NCBI GenBank assembly: GCA_951406725.2 | Contig: OX597818.1 | Coordinates: 60,884,001 to 60,948,000 of the forward strand | Length of the DNA stretch: 64,000 nucleotides | Direction: 5' to 3' | Origin: Octopus vulgaris | Taxonomy: Eukaryota | Shown: positions 1-12,065 of the stretch, piece by piece | Layout: each line of letters opens with the position of its first letter | Position numbering within the stretch: position 1 is the first letter of the stretch | Program-made: the position numbers and the translations under genes | The notes under the pieces: model-generated | Seen by the model: only the letters and a program-made list of their open reading frames with translations | Database searches by the model: none | What the model was told of the DNA's origin: nothing

Positions 1-580
1 AAGGAAGGATGAAAGAAAGAAAGAAGACAGACAAACGCTAATCCTTGCACGAAATCCAACAAGAATTTGAAATCAGAAGTTACTAAAACATCACATTTAC
101 AGATTGTCATCTCTAAAAATAAATTCCTCTAAACAAATTGTAGAACTGTGGAGAAATCTTCAACGAACGAACTAAACACACTCAACGGAAGACATTCACA
201 AAAGCAAAACCCACCAAAAAAAGAAAAAACTCCTTTTTCGCTGATGTACATGGAAAAGCTTGAAAGTAGAATAAACTTTCGAATTCAAACCGCATTAATG
301 ATAACCACGACCGGGTAATATTAGTTGTACACAGTCTGCAGCTGAGTACACCGACACGAAACTCGTTAGATTCCTGAAAGGAGAGAAGTGGAAATATAAA
401 AAGAAATCCATTAATATGTGGATTTGGTAGACGGAAACTTTGCAGAAGTTCAACATTTGTGTGGCAGGAGTGTGTGTTGGTTGTGTGTACTTACACATAC
501 ATACATATGTGTATTTGAGTGTATTTATGTGTGTTTGTGTGTGTTTATGTATGTGCATACAGATATATACATACATATAA

Positions 581-674
<94 letters not shown>

Positions 675-679
675 GTAGG

Positions 680-772
<93 letters not shown>

Positions 773-773
<1 letters not shown>

Positions 774-1050
774 TCTGTAAATGTAATATGTGATAATTAT
801 TCGGTAGCCATGATAAAACTCCGAGTTTCGGATGCCGGGGTGGAAATCCACGCCACCATCATTTATTTTTTCCGATGGCCGGATAACTGAAGAGATGGCG
901 GCGTGAATTTCCACCCCAGCATCCAAAACTCGGAGTTTTATCATGGCTACCGAATAATTATCACATATTTACATTTACAGATAAATTCCTCTATTTACAT
1001 AATATCGAGGTCTCTTTCTTTCTTTTGTTGTCTTACCATTTCTATCAATA
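773..1050 (+). mobile_element. Non-coding Penelope-like terminal repeat (family A) with inverted partial copy and hammerhead motif
   Basis: 773-860 is an inverted copy of ~894-983. HHR motif at 882-942. Another family copy lies inverted at ~43231-43370. Inverted truncated terminal repeats with an HHR are typical of PLE pseudo-LTRs. Confidence 0.7.
882..942 (+). ncRNA. Type I hammerhead ribozyme motif (family A), core G12->A
   Basis: GATAA-CTGAAGA-GATG...CATCC-[A]AAACTCGGAGT-T-TTATC: stem I GATAA/TTATC, stem II GATG/CATC, near-palindromic stem III ACTC/GAGT. GAAA reads AAAA here but is intact in the inverted copy (~826-829). Confidence 0.7.
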
Positions 1051-1089
1051 TATATAAAGATATATATAAAGATATATATATATATATTT

Positions 1090-1227
1090 TAATTTGTTTC
1101 AGTCATTTGACTGCGGCCATGCTGGAGCATCGCCTTTAGTCGAAGAAATCGCCCCAAGGATTTCCTCTTTGTAAGCCCAGTACTTATTCTATCGGATTCT
1201 TTTGCCGAACTGGCACTCCTGCGCCTA
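1090..1227 (-). mobile_element. SINE fragment (microsatellite-bearing family), internally deleted
   Basis: Tail tgtttcagtcatttgactgcggccatgctggagca joined directly to head cactcctgcgcct; matches the full copies at 24255-24840 and 60305-60793. Confidence 0.75.
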
Positions 1228-1228
1228 T

Positions 1229-1327
<99 letters not shown>

Positions 1328-1384
1328 CACATATACATATACATATACATACATACATACATACATACATACATACTTACATAC

Positions 1385-2370
1385 ATACATATAAGCGGGA
1401 TGATCACTAAGTGGACATCCATTATGCTAGAAGTCGACTCCCTATGGTCTTACCACTAAGAAAGGAATGTTCTGAAGAAAATTCAGCAAACGCCAGAACG
1501 TAAGAGTGCAAGACAAATGAAAAGATACAAAATATACAGATTAATCACAAACCAATTTCGTTGTTACCACTTACGTAATCACTTATGTAGAATGTCCGCA
1601 ACTCATCAAAGTGATCGTCATAGCAAAATATAATTTGCAGAACTATACACGAGACGTCCGCATGAGATTAGACATGTATATAGTTCTACCATTTACATTT
1701 GGGGTTATATTTCAAAGTGCTCGTTTTGAAGCGCCAAAATACCGGAAATAATTCTGCAGAAAATAATTCTCTGCAGTGAATTTTGCCGGTTAGAGAGCAT
1801 AGTTATTTAAATTCAAATTTAAAATAATAAGGGTGAATAATTGAATATTAATTTGATTAATATCAATTTAAAACCAGTGGTCTAGTATATAGAAAAATCT
1901 GAAGATTCAGAAAAATTGTATTACATACATATAAGCGGGATGACCACTAAGTGGACTTCCATTATGCTAGAAGTCGACCCCCTATGGTCTTACCACTAAG
2001 AAAGGAATGTTCTGAAGTGGACATCCATATGCTAAGTGGACATCCATATGCTAAGAAAGGAATGTTCTCAATAAAATTCATCAAACGCCAGAAAGTAAGC
2101 GAGCAAGACAAATGAAAAGATACAAAATATACAGATTCATCACATACCAGTTTCGTTTTCTCCCTTATTATTTTAAGTTTAAATTTAAATAACTATGTTC
2201 TCTAACGGCAAAATTCACTGCAGAGAATTATTAGTGTACATTTAAACACAAAAAACACATCATGGAAGGAGCAGTCAAAACATTCAAAATCACATTTAAG
2301 AGCTCTTTCTAGCATGTAAGGCTGCCTATTAAAGGTCGCCTCTTTTATGTTTAAATGTACACTAATTTTA
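1385..2370 (-). mobile_element. PLE-like remnant (family B): tandem direct repeat plus inverted segments, decayed HHR
   Basis: ~1385-1560 is repeated at ~1925-2157. ~1762-1835 is inverted at ~2158-2232, and 2231-2250 is inverted at ~2346-2365. Minus-strand HHR-like motif at 1544-1615 (TTGATGA, stem II GTTG/CAAC, GAAA); half motif GAAACTGGTA at 2139-2157. Confidence 0.6.
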
Positions 2371-2525
2371 TACGGAAAATATGTTGTCTATTGACTTTTT
2401 ATACATGCTAGGCCACTGGTAGTGAAATTTCTAAGAGTTGGAAAGACGAAGGAAAAAATCGCCAACGGTACACACGCGGTCACATTTTATATATCTGTAT
2501 ATATGTGTGTGTGTGTGTATGTGTG

Positions 2526-2557
<32 letters not shown>

Positions 2558-2565
2558 AGTGTGTG

Positions 2566-2616
<51 letters not shown>

Positions 2617-2618
<2 letters not shown>

Positions 2619-3120
2619 TCCAAAACTTAGAGGGAAAAATTCAGTTTAACAATTTTAAATCAAATTTCACAATATATAATATATGTATATAATTTAGAGA
2701 AAAAATCCTCTATTAAACAATTCAATAATGAAAGATGTTATTCACACCATATAGATAACATATACTATAAGAACATTATTCTAAAAATCAATAAAGTACA
2801 ATAGATAGTAAATAGTAGTAAAAAGACTACCCGCGTTTCATGGCTATATTTTCAAATAGATAATAATAATAAAATCAATTCGATTTAAAATTAAATCGAT
2901 CTAAAATTAATTCTATTTAAAAATATAGTCACTCATCAGGTCTAAAATAATAAATAATAATAAATTAATAATAGAATAAATGTACTTATCTTAACTTATA
3001 CTAATTATCAAATAAATATATAAAAATACGTGTATTGACTTTAAATAATCGAAAAGAATTTAACGATATTTTTAGTTAACGAAAATCCTTCGATAATATA
3101 AGTTATATTTTTAAAATAAG
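2617..3120 (-). mobile_element. AT-rich PLE-like non-coding repeat (family C) carrying an HHR
   Basis: Contains the HHR at 2824-2943. Its end (ttccaaaacttagagggaaaaattcag...aaatcaaatttcaca) recurs inverted at ~43144-43200. Confidence 0.6.
2824..2943 (-). ncRNA. Type I hammerhead ribozyme with very long stem-loop II
   Basis: Minus strand: AGAC-CTGATGA-[21-bp stem II, 1 mismatch, 51-nt interior]-GAAAC-GCGG-GT-A-GTCT. Core intact, GUA cleavage triplet, stem I AGAC/GTCT. Confidence 0.75.
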
Positions 3121-3154
3121 TTATATTTTTATTTTAAGAAATATTGTTTCTTCT

Positions 3155-3366
3155 TACCTGCTTTAGTTATTTGATTGCAACCATGCTGGAGCACCGCCTT
3201 GAAGGGTTTTAGTCGAGCACTCCAGGACTCCAGGACGAACAAATCGACATTTAAAAAATAAAAAACTTAGTACATACTCTAGGCCGAACCGCTAAGTTGC
3301 GGGGACGTAAACACACCAACACCAGTTGTCAAGCAGTGATGGAGGGAAACAAACACACACACACAC

Positions 3367-3419
<53 letters not shown>

Positions 3420-3670
3420 TATTCACATATATATTCAAAGACATACATATATACATATGTTCTTTTATTCTTTTACTTGTTTCAGTCATTTGACTGCAGC
3501 CATGCTGGAGCACCGCCTTTAGTCGAGCAAATGGAACCCAGGATTTATTCGTTGTAAGCCTAATTCTTATTCTTTTGCCGAACCGCTAAGTTACGGGGAC
3601 GTAAACGCACCAGCATCGGTTGTCAAGCGATGGTGAGGGAACATACACAGACACACAAACATATACGCAC

Positions 3671-3727
<57 letters not shown>

Positions 3728-3728
3728 T

Positions 3729-3774
<46 letters not shown>

Positions 3775-4070
3775 GACGGGCCTCTTTCAGTTTCCGTCTG
3801 ACAAATCCACTCACAAGGCTTTGGTTATTCTATTGGTTTCCTTTTTATCGAACCGCTTACACGATTATCAAGCGGTAATGAGGAACAAACACCGACACAA
3901 AGACACCCGAATCCATCGCCCCACCCCGTCCTCACACACACATTTGCTATCAAGACTAGCTTCTTACTGTTTCCGTCAATTAAATCCTCTGTATGGTAGA
4001 AGTCACTTGCCCGAAGTGCCACGCGGTGGACTTGAACCCGGAATTTTGTGGTCAGGAAGCAAGTTTCACT
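3155..4070 (-). mobile_element. Cluster of truncated microsatellite-bearing SINE copies
   Basis: Repeated blocks ccatgctggagcaccgcctt, ccgaaccgctaagttacggggacgtaaac and cagtttccgtct...aatccactcacaaggcttt, interleaved with (CA)/(TA)/(CATA)n. Confidence 0.75.
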
Positions 4071-4277
4071 CAATGGTACGCGAATTTAATATATTTAATA
4101 TCTTATATCTGTATAACATATATATTCATGTATATTATGTGTGTGTGTACACGCGTGTATATATATTTACACTCACACACACACTTATGCATATATACAT
4201 ACATTATATATATACAAACATATATGTGTGTCTGTGTGTTTGCATACACACACATACACACACATTATATATACATA

Positions 4278-4311
<34 letters not shown>

Positions 4312-4377
4312 CATATATATATATATGTATATGCATGCATTCATACATACGTACATATACATATATAGGTACATGTT

Positions 4378-4423
<46 letters not shown>

Positions 4424-4447
4424 CACACACATACGTATGTATGTATG

Positions 4448-4483
<36 letters not shown>

Positions 4484-4904
4484 CACACACACATAAACGT
4501 GCATACATACAAGCATCCATACATGCATACATACATACATACATACATACATACATACATACATACATACATACATAATACATACATACATACATAATAC
4601 ATACATACATACATACATACATACACACATACATGCATTCATACATACATACATACATACATGCATACATGTAGCGTAATTTAATATGCATATAACGACA
4701 TATTCACAGAATACTGTAGGAAATATGAATTTTAATATTGAAATAAATATCAATTTAGCCTAATTTGATATTAATATAAATATTGCAGCGAGCCTGTCTA
4801 TTATTACGGTTAGTTTTCGATTGCGTTATTGCATTGACCGCTGTGCGACGGTTTCATATAGAGATACAACGCAACATATATTGAGAATTCTGTGCGTATA
4901 ATGT

Positions 4905-5735
4905 ATATGCATGTCTTTATATATGCATGTCTTTATATATGCGTGTCTTTATATATGCGTGTCTTTATATATGTGTGTCTTTATATATGTGTGTCTTTAT
5001 ATATGCCTGTCTTTATATATGTGTGTATTTATATATGTGAGTCTTTATATATGTGAGTCTTTATATATGCGTGTCTTTATATGTGTGTCTTTATATATGT
5101 GTGTCTTTATATATGCGTGTCTATATATGTGTCTTTATATATGTGTGTCTTTATATATGCGTGTCTTTATATATGTGAGTCTTTATATACGCGTGTCTTT
5201 ATATATGTGTGTATTTATATATGTGAGTCTTTATATATGTGAGTCTTTATATATGCGTGTCTTTATATGTGTGTCTTTATATATGTGTGTCTTTATATAT
5301 GCCTGTCTATATATGTGTCTTTATATATGTGAGTCTTTATATATGCGTGTCTATATATGTGTCTTTATATATGCATGTCTATATATATGCCTGTCTATAT
5401 ATATAGGCATGTCTTTATATATATGTGTCGTTATACACGTGTGTCTTTATATATGCGTGTCTTTATATATGCCTGTCTATATATGCCTGTCTATATATAT
5501 AGGCATGTCTTTATATATATGTGTGTTATATACGTGTGTCTTTATATATGCGTGTCTATATATGTGTCTTTACATATGCGTGTCTTTGTATATGTGTGTC
5601 TTTATATATGTGTGTCTTTATATATGTGTGTCTTTATATATGTGTGTCTTTATATATGTGTGTCTATATATATATGTGTCTTTATATATGTGTGTCTTTA
5701 TATATGCGTGTCTATATATGTGTGTCTTTATATGT
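4905..5735. repeat. ~18-bp minisatellite (GTGTCTTTATATATGTGT)n
   Basis: Direct reading; roughly 45 degenerate units. Gives the spurious 306-aa ORF. Confidence 0.9.
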
Positions 5736-6734
5736 GTGTGCCTGTGCATGTGTGTGTGTGAGTGGTTATGTGTTACGTGGATTAGACATGTGCATCTCTA
5801 TCGATATAAGGATATAATGAAATGTCTATGACTCGGAATTGCAACTAGTCTCTGGACATTATTTGACTACAGCAGTCAACTGCTTCGCTATTTCCCTGCT
5901 TTACACACATGCACGTACACACGTTCTCGCGTTCGTTCACACATGCACACAAAGGCGTTCTCTGACACACACGGACACATGACACACACACACATGCGCA
6001 TGCGCATCAGGCAGGAACAGATGAAAGAGCATGAAAGAATAACTTTATCACGTAGACGATTTCATGTTAAATCACCTTTAACACGACAGTGGAATTAATT
6101 CCTGTACGATCCACTTGAGAAGAGTCTTTCACACATTCCAGAAATTGAATCCCGTTTCCTGGACTTCGACCAATTCTTGCTAAATGACCGCCAGCCAATG
6201 AGTCATAAATTATAATTGAAGAAGCAACAGCAACAATAACAATAACAACAACATCGAGAACAGCAATAACGATGACAATTACAATAAGAATAACTGCAAG
6301 AACTGCAGAAAAAAAAATAATGTAGCGATGCCAAAATAGGCAACAGCAATAGCAGCAGCGATTCCAGCAGTGAACATGGCAGCAAAAGTGATAACATTTT
6401 CAACAACAACAACAACAACAACATCGACGACGAGCAACAAGAACTGCAAAAACAACAACAATAATATTATCATATTTAACAATAAAACCGACAGCAATTA
6501 CAATGATGCGAATAAACATTGTTTCTGATTAAGGCACAACGCCAGCAATTGTGAAAAGCGGGTGTGTGGGGGGAGGGGGAGAAGCTGGTAAGTAGCATCG
6601 AGCTTCGGTGCTGGACTGGTGGTTTATTTGTAGACATTGGGGGGGGGGGGGGAGAGAACAAGCAAAGCTGACTTCGGTGAGATTTGAACCAAGCACGTAA
6701 AGAGCCGGAACAGATATCGCAAATCATATATTCC

Positions 6735-7500
6735 TTGTCTCCTCTAAGCGCAAGGCCCGAAATTTTGTGGAGGGGGGGCTAGTCGATTAGATTGAGCCCA
6801 GTACGCAACTGGTACTTAAATTATCGACTCCGAAACGACGAAAGACGAAGTCGACCTCGGCGGAATTTGAACTCAGAACATGAAGACAGACGAAATACCT
6901 ATTTCTTTACTACCCACAAGGGGCTAAACACACAGGTACAAGCAAGGACAGACAAAGGGATTAAGTCGATTACATCGACGCCAGTGCATAACTGGTACTT
7001 AATTTATCGACCCCGAAAAGATGAAAGGCAAAGTCGACCTCGGCGAAATTTGATCTCAGAACGTAGCGGTAGACGAAATACCGCTAAGCATTTCGCCCGA
7101 CGTGCTGACGTTTCTGCCAGCTGGCTATCTTCACAAGTATTCCTTATGATGCCCTTGATCAGATAAAATTCAGGATTGCTTGAATCTTCATGCTTTCGAA
7201 AATTTCATTTTTAACTAATTTTGGCAACGGTCAGCGATTGAGAGAGAAAGGAAAAATCGGTTCCATCGACCCCAGTTCTCAACTGGTACTTATTTTATCG
7301 ACGCCGAAATGATGAAAGGCGTAGTCGACCTCGGCGGAATATGAACACAAAACGCAGCGGCAGATGAAATACCTATTTCTTTACTACCCACATGGGCTAA
7401 ACACAGAGAGGACAAACAAGGACAGACCAAAGGATTAAGTCGATTACATCGACCACAGAGCGTAACTGGTACTTTATTTATCGACCCCGAAATGATGAAA
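6735..7500 (-). mobile_element. Multimeric SINE copies (GGCGGCGAGCTGG-headed family, core gccgaggtcgactttgcctttcatcctttcggggtcg)
   Basis: Repeated gatgaaaggcaaagtcgacctcggcggaatttgaactcagaacg units at ~6770-7125 and ~7255-7500. Confidence 0.8.
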
Positions 7501-7547
7501 GTGTCGGTGTCGACAAAACAAGTACCAATTAAACATTGCGGTTCGAT

Positions 7548-7606
<59 letters not shown>

Positions 7607-7889
7607 TGTTGTTGTTGTTGTAGCAGCAACAGCAGTGCTGTTAGTAGTAATAGTAGTAGTAGTAGTTCCAAAGTTCTGATTCTCTTCCTGACTTCCATCT
7701 TCCAAATCGCTTCCAAAACTCCATTCTCAATTTTTTGGTTTAACATTTTTTTTATCTTTTATTTATTTTCCTTTTTTTATTTGGCTTTTGTTGTCGTCGT
7801 TATTGTTGTTGATCTTTTTTTTTTTCCTACCTTTTTATTTTGTAAACTTTTTTTTGTAAATCTTTTATTTCATTATGTGGGTGGCAGCG

Positions 7890-8012
7890 AGGGGGAAGAG
7901 GGGGGCGTGAGGGAGGGGGGCGTGAGGGAGGGGGCGTGAGGGAGGGGGGCGTGAGGGAGGGGGGCGTGAGGGAGGGGGGCGTGAGGGAGGGGGGCGTGAG
8001 GGAGGGGGGGGG
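7890..8012 (+). repeat. G-rich 15-bp tandem repeat (GGGGGCGTGAGGGAG)n, potential G-quadruplex
   Basis: About 7 units with G3/G5 runs separated by short loops. Confidence 0.8.
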
Positions 8013-8164
8013 CTGGAGGAGAAGTTTCATTCGCCTTCCTGCAGCTCTTATTTATTTATTTATTTATTTGTTTAGAATTTTTGTCATTTGTTTTTTTTTT
8101 TCTTTCACCTTTTCTGTTGTTTTTACCTTTTCTCGTTTCTTCTTTCATTTATCAAACCACTCCT

Positions 8165-8192
8165 CCTCTGCCACCACCGTCACGACCACCAT

Positions 8193-8263
<71 letters not shown>

Positions 8264-8511
8264 CCAGCATCATCACCATCATCATCAACATCACCATCAT
8301 CATCACCATCATCATTATCATCATCATCATCACCACCACCACCACCTCCACCACCATAATCATCATCATCATCATCACTAACATCATCACCATCATCATC
8401 ACCATCATCACCATCCTCATCATAGTCACCATCATCATCAACATCACCATCATCATCACCATCATCATCACCATCATCCTCCTCCTCCTCCTCCTCATCA
8501 TCATCATCATC

Positions 8512-8545
<34 letters not shown>

Positions 8546-8570
8546 TCGTCGTCGTCGCCGTCGCCATCAT
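8165..8570. repeat. (CAT/CAC)n microsatellite
   Basis: Direct reading. Confidence 0.9.
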
Positions 8571-8610
8571 CGTTAACACCTCCACCAAGACGTCCATTGT
8601 TGCTGCTCAC

Positions 8611-8729
8611 CAATTCCATTGTGCATGTCGCTAACAAAAGAATTCATTGATGGACCGACTGAAGAATGGTAATTCTGATTGAAGCAAGACACGAATTCGT
8701 TCCGGAAGTTCTTCATATAAACTTAGCGA
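8611..8729 (-). other. Candidate spliced exon (119 bp) of an unidentified transcript
   Basis: Unique island with a minus-strand pyrimidine tract and acceptor (ttttttctctccag) and a donor G|gtgagc. No frame is open end to end. Confidence 0.35.
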
Positions 8730-8886
8730 CTGGAGAGAAAAAAGATGGGGGGGGGCAAGAGAAGAAAATGGGAAGGAAAAAAAGAGAGAAAAAGAGAATA
8801 AAAAGAATTATATAAGAAACACACACACACATGCATATATATATATATATGTAAATATAGACACATATATACATAAATATACCTAC

Positions 8887-8929
<43 letters not shown>

Positions 8930-9046
8930 TAAACACATATATACATATATACATACATAAAAATAAATATATGTATATATATATATATATATATATCATA
9001 CATATATGTATATAAATACAAATATATATATATATATATACATACG

Positions 9047-9079
<33 letters not shown>

Positions 9080-9125
9080 GTATGTGTGTGTATATATGTA
9101 TGTATATATATATACATACATATAT

Positions 9126-9162
<37 letters not shown>

Positions 9163-9499
9163 CAAACATACATACACACACACACGCCTATATAAAAGAA
9201 TTAAAACAAAGTAAAAAAGTAATGAAAGAAAGAAGGAAAGAAAGAAAGAAAGAGAGAGAGAGAGAACGATGGAAGGGTGGAAGGAGAGAGAGAAAGAGGA
9301 ACAAAAGACATCTAACTGTAATTATCAATTAGTAAAAGGTCTCGCTTCATTTATTGTGAATTATTGATATTAACCTGGCAACTAGATTCAGTTCCTTCCT
9401 ACACAATATAGGTTCGAGGTTTCCCCCCACCATCACCTCCGCCACCACCTTTCTTTATCTTTACAATAACGAATACATATGTGTGTGTGTGTGCACGTG

Positions 9500-10023
9500 A
9501 GCATGAGCATATACATACATACATACATACATACATACAAACATACATACATACATACATACATACATACATGCATGCATGCATACATACATACATGCAT
9601 GCATACATACATACATACATACATACATACATGCATACATACATACATACATACATACATACATACATACATACATACATACATACATACATACATACAT
9701 ACATACATACATACATACATACATACATACATACATACATACATACATACATACATACATACATACATACATACATGCATACATACATACATACATACAT
9801 ACATGCATACATACATACATACATACATACATACATACATACATACATGCATACATACATACATACATAGATATGTATATATATGTATATGCGTATATAC
9901 AAATATATACTTACACACACTTCGGTATGCACATGCGTTTATGTATGAGCCCGGACACATTTTATATATGTGTGTATAATTATGCAGCTGCATGGTATAT
10001 ATATATATACATATATATATATG

Positions 10024-10085
<62 letters not shown>

Positions 10086-10416
10086 GGTATATATGAACAC
10101 GTATGCATGTATACATAATATATACGTAAATACATCTACTCATTTGCGTACATATATATCTATAGAATATATACATACATGCATATATATACATATACAC
10201 AGATACACACACACACATACACACATTCTTACGTATGCGTATATATCTATATATATGTGCACGCACCAAAAGATTTTTACACATATGCACACATATGCAT
10301 ACATATACACACATACGCACACATATACTCACATGTGCGATTATTATTATTATTATTATTATTATTATTGTTATTATTACTTTCATTCTCATCATTATTA
10401 TTATCATTATTCCCAA

Positions 10417-10455
<39 letters not shown>

Positions 10456-10484
10456 CATCATCATTATTATTATCATTATTATTA

Positions 10485-10518
<34 letters not shown>

Positions 10519-10534
10519 CATCATTATTATTATC

Positions 10535-10568
<34 letters not shown>

Positions 10569-10570
10569 GC
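9500..10570. repeat. (CATA)n, (TA)n and (ATT)n microsatellite block
   Basis: Direct reading. Confidence 0.9.
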
Positions 10571-11189
10571 TTCGACTATTACTACGACCCAAATGTGCTG
10601 TTCTTTTCACAGATGAGCTATCAGAACGAATTAATTAATTATCAGTTAATGGTTTTTTTCAAATAATGCTCTAAATAATACATCTGGAAAAAAAAGAATA
10701 CGTCAATAACTCTCTAATTATTTAATGATGAAAAAAAAATAAACGAAAACCGAAATTTCACAACCTCGTATTTTACAGGGATGAAATATTTAGGTTGTGA
10801 TATTTTGATGAGAATGTTTATAGAACAGATATAAATATACTCACCCTAACATACTAATGTCATTATTATATTATTTTTACATTTTCTATTTAGAATATAA
10901 TGTTGTTTTGGTTATTGCATTTTTATGTTAATTTCTTTGTTTGTTTGTTCTGTGTAATCAGTTATAAGGGTTATATGTTGTTGTTTTTTTGTTTTCTTTG
11001 TGAACTTCTAGCTTGACCTCCTATTTTGATTGTACGACTATCCATTATATGAAGCATAAGGCATATTAGTTTAAAATAGCTATTTGTGTATCAGAATAAT
11101 AATACATCGTGATGAGCAAATTTACTGCGATATTCGTCCCGGGATATTACATTATATGGTTGCCTTTCTGTTCTTTAGTTGGCCCTATC

Positions 11190-11715
11190 CAAAATGTAGG
11201 GGGTGATATGCGATCCTGTCCATTCATAATTCTTTGTTCTTAGTTTTGTTTAACACTTCCACTTCCTGATGTTTAATGCTTCTTTCTCCCAACCAATTCG
11301 TCAAGCTTGACCTCCTTATCATACTTCTCCTTCCCTGAATTCCTGCCTCTTCAGTCTTTCCGGTCATTGCTAAATTCTCCAAACACCTCTATCCTCATCA
11401 CATGACCAAAAAATCTCACTTCCTTGGCGCTTATCTCATCAAACCGTTTCCTATATACCGCAGCCTTGATCATCACTTCTTCATTAGACACTTTGTCTGT
11501 CCATGCTATCTTTGGTATTCTCTTTAAGAGCCTCATTTCACGGCTCTCCAAGCTCATTCTTATTTCTGATGTTATAGACCAGGCCTCACTTCCATACAGT
11601 TACACAAGACAGACATTGCCGTTCAATACACCGATCCTGGCCCTGATGCTCAGAGTACGGTTTCTCAAGATCTTATACAACTTTAAGAATGCAGATTTTG
11701 CTAGCACTATTAATC
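11190..11715 (-). mobile_element. RTE-clade LINE 3' fragment (decayed)
   Basis: Minus translation LYGSEAWSI...EMRLLKRIPKIAWTDKVSNEEV...FFGHVMR, the typical post-RT region of RTE LINEs; contains stops and frameshifts. Confidence 0.8.
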
Positions 11716-11916
11716 TCTTACTTGTATCAGTCATTAGACTGCGGCCATGCTGGGGCACAGCCTTTAGTCGAACGAATAGACAGCAGTACTTTTTTAAGCG
11801 TGGTATTTATACTATCGGTCTCTGTTGCCGAATCGGGGGCGTAAATACAGCAACACTGGTTGTCTAGCGGTCCTGGAGGATAAAGACAGGCACAAAGATC
11901 TCATCACACACACGCG

Positions 11917-12013
<97 letters not shown>

Positions 12014-12065
12014 TCACTCTACCAAATCCACTCACAAGGCTTTGGTCGGGCCGGAGCTATAATAG

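Noticed and set aside
4905-5735. CRISPR-like regular repeats / 306-aa ORF
   Set aside because: Contiguous minisatellite with no unique spacers, in eukaryotic DNA with no cas genes.
8655-8710. CTGAAGA core
   Set aside because: No stem II or GAAA downstream; chance match.
11105-11145. Additional HHR (GTGATGA-GCA...TGC-GATA-TTCGTC)
   Set aside because: Two core mismatches and no convincing stem I; may be a decayed copy but I cannot support it.
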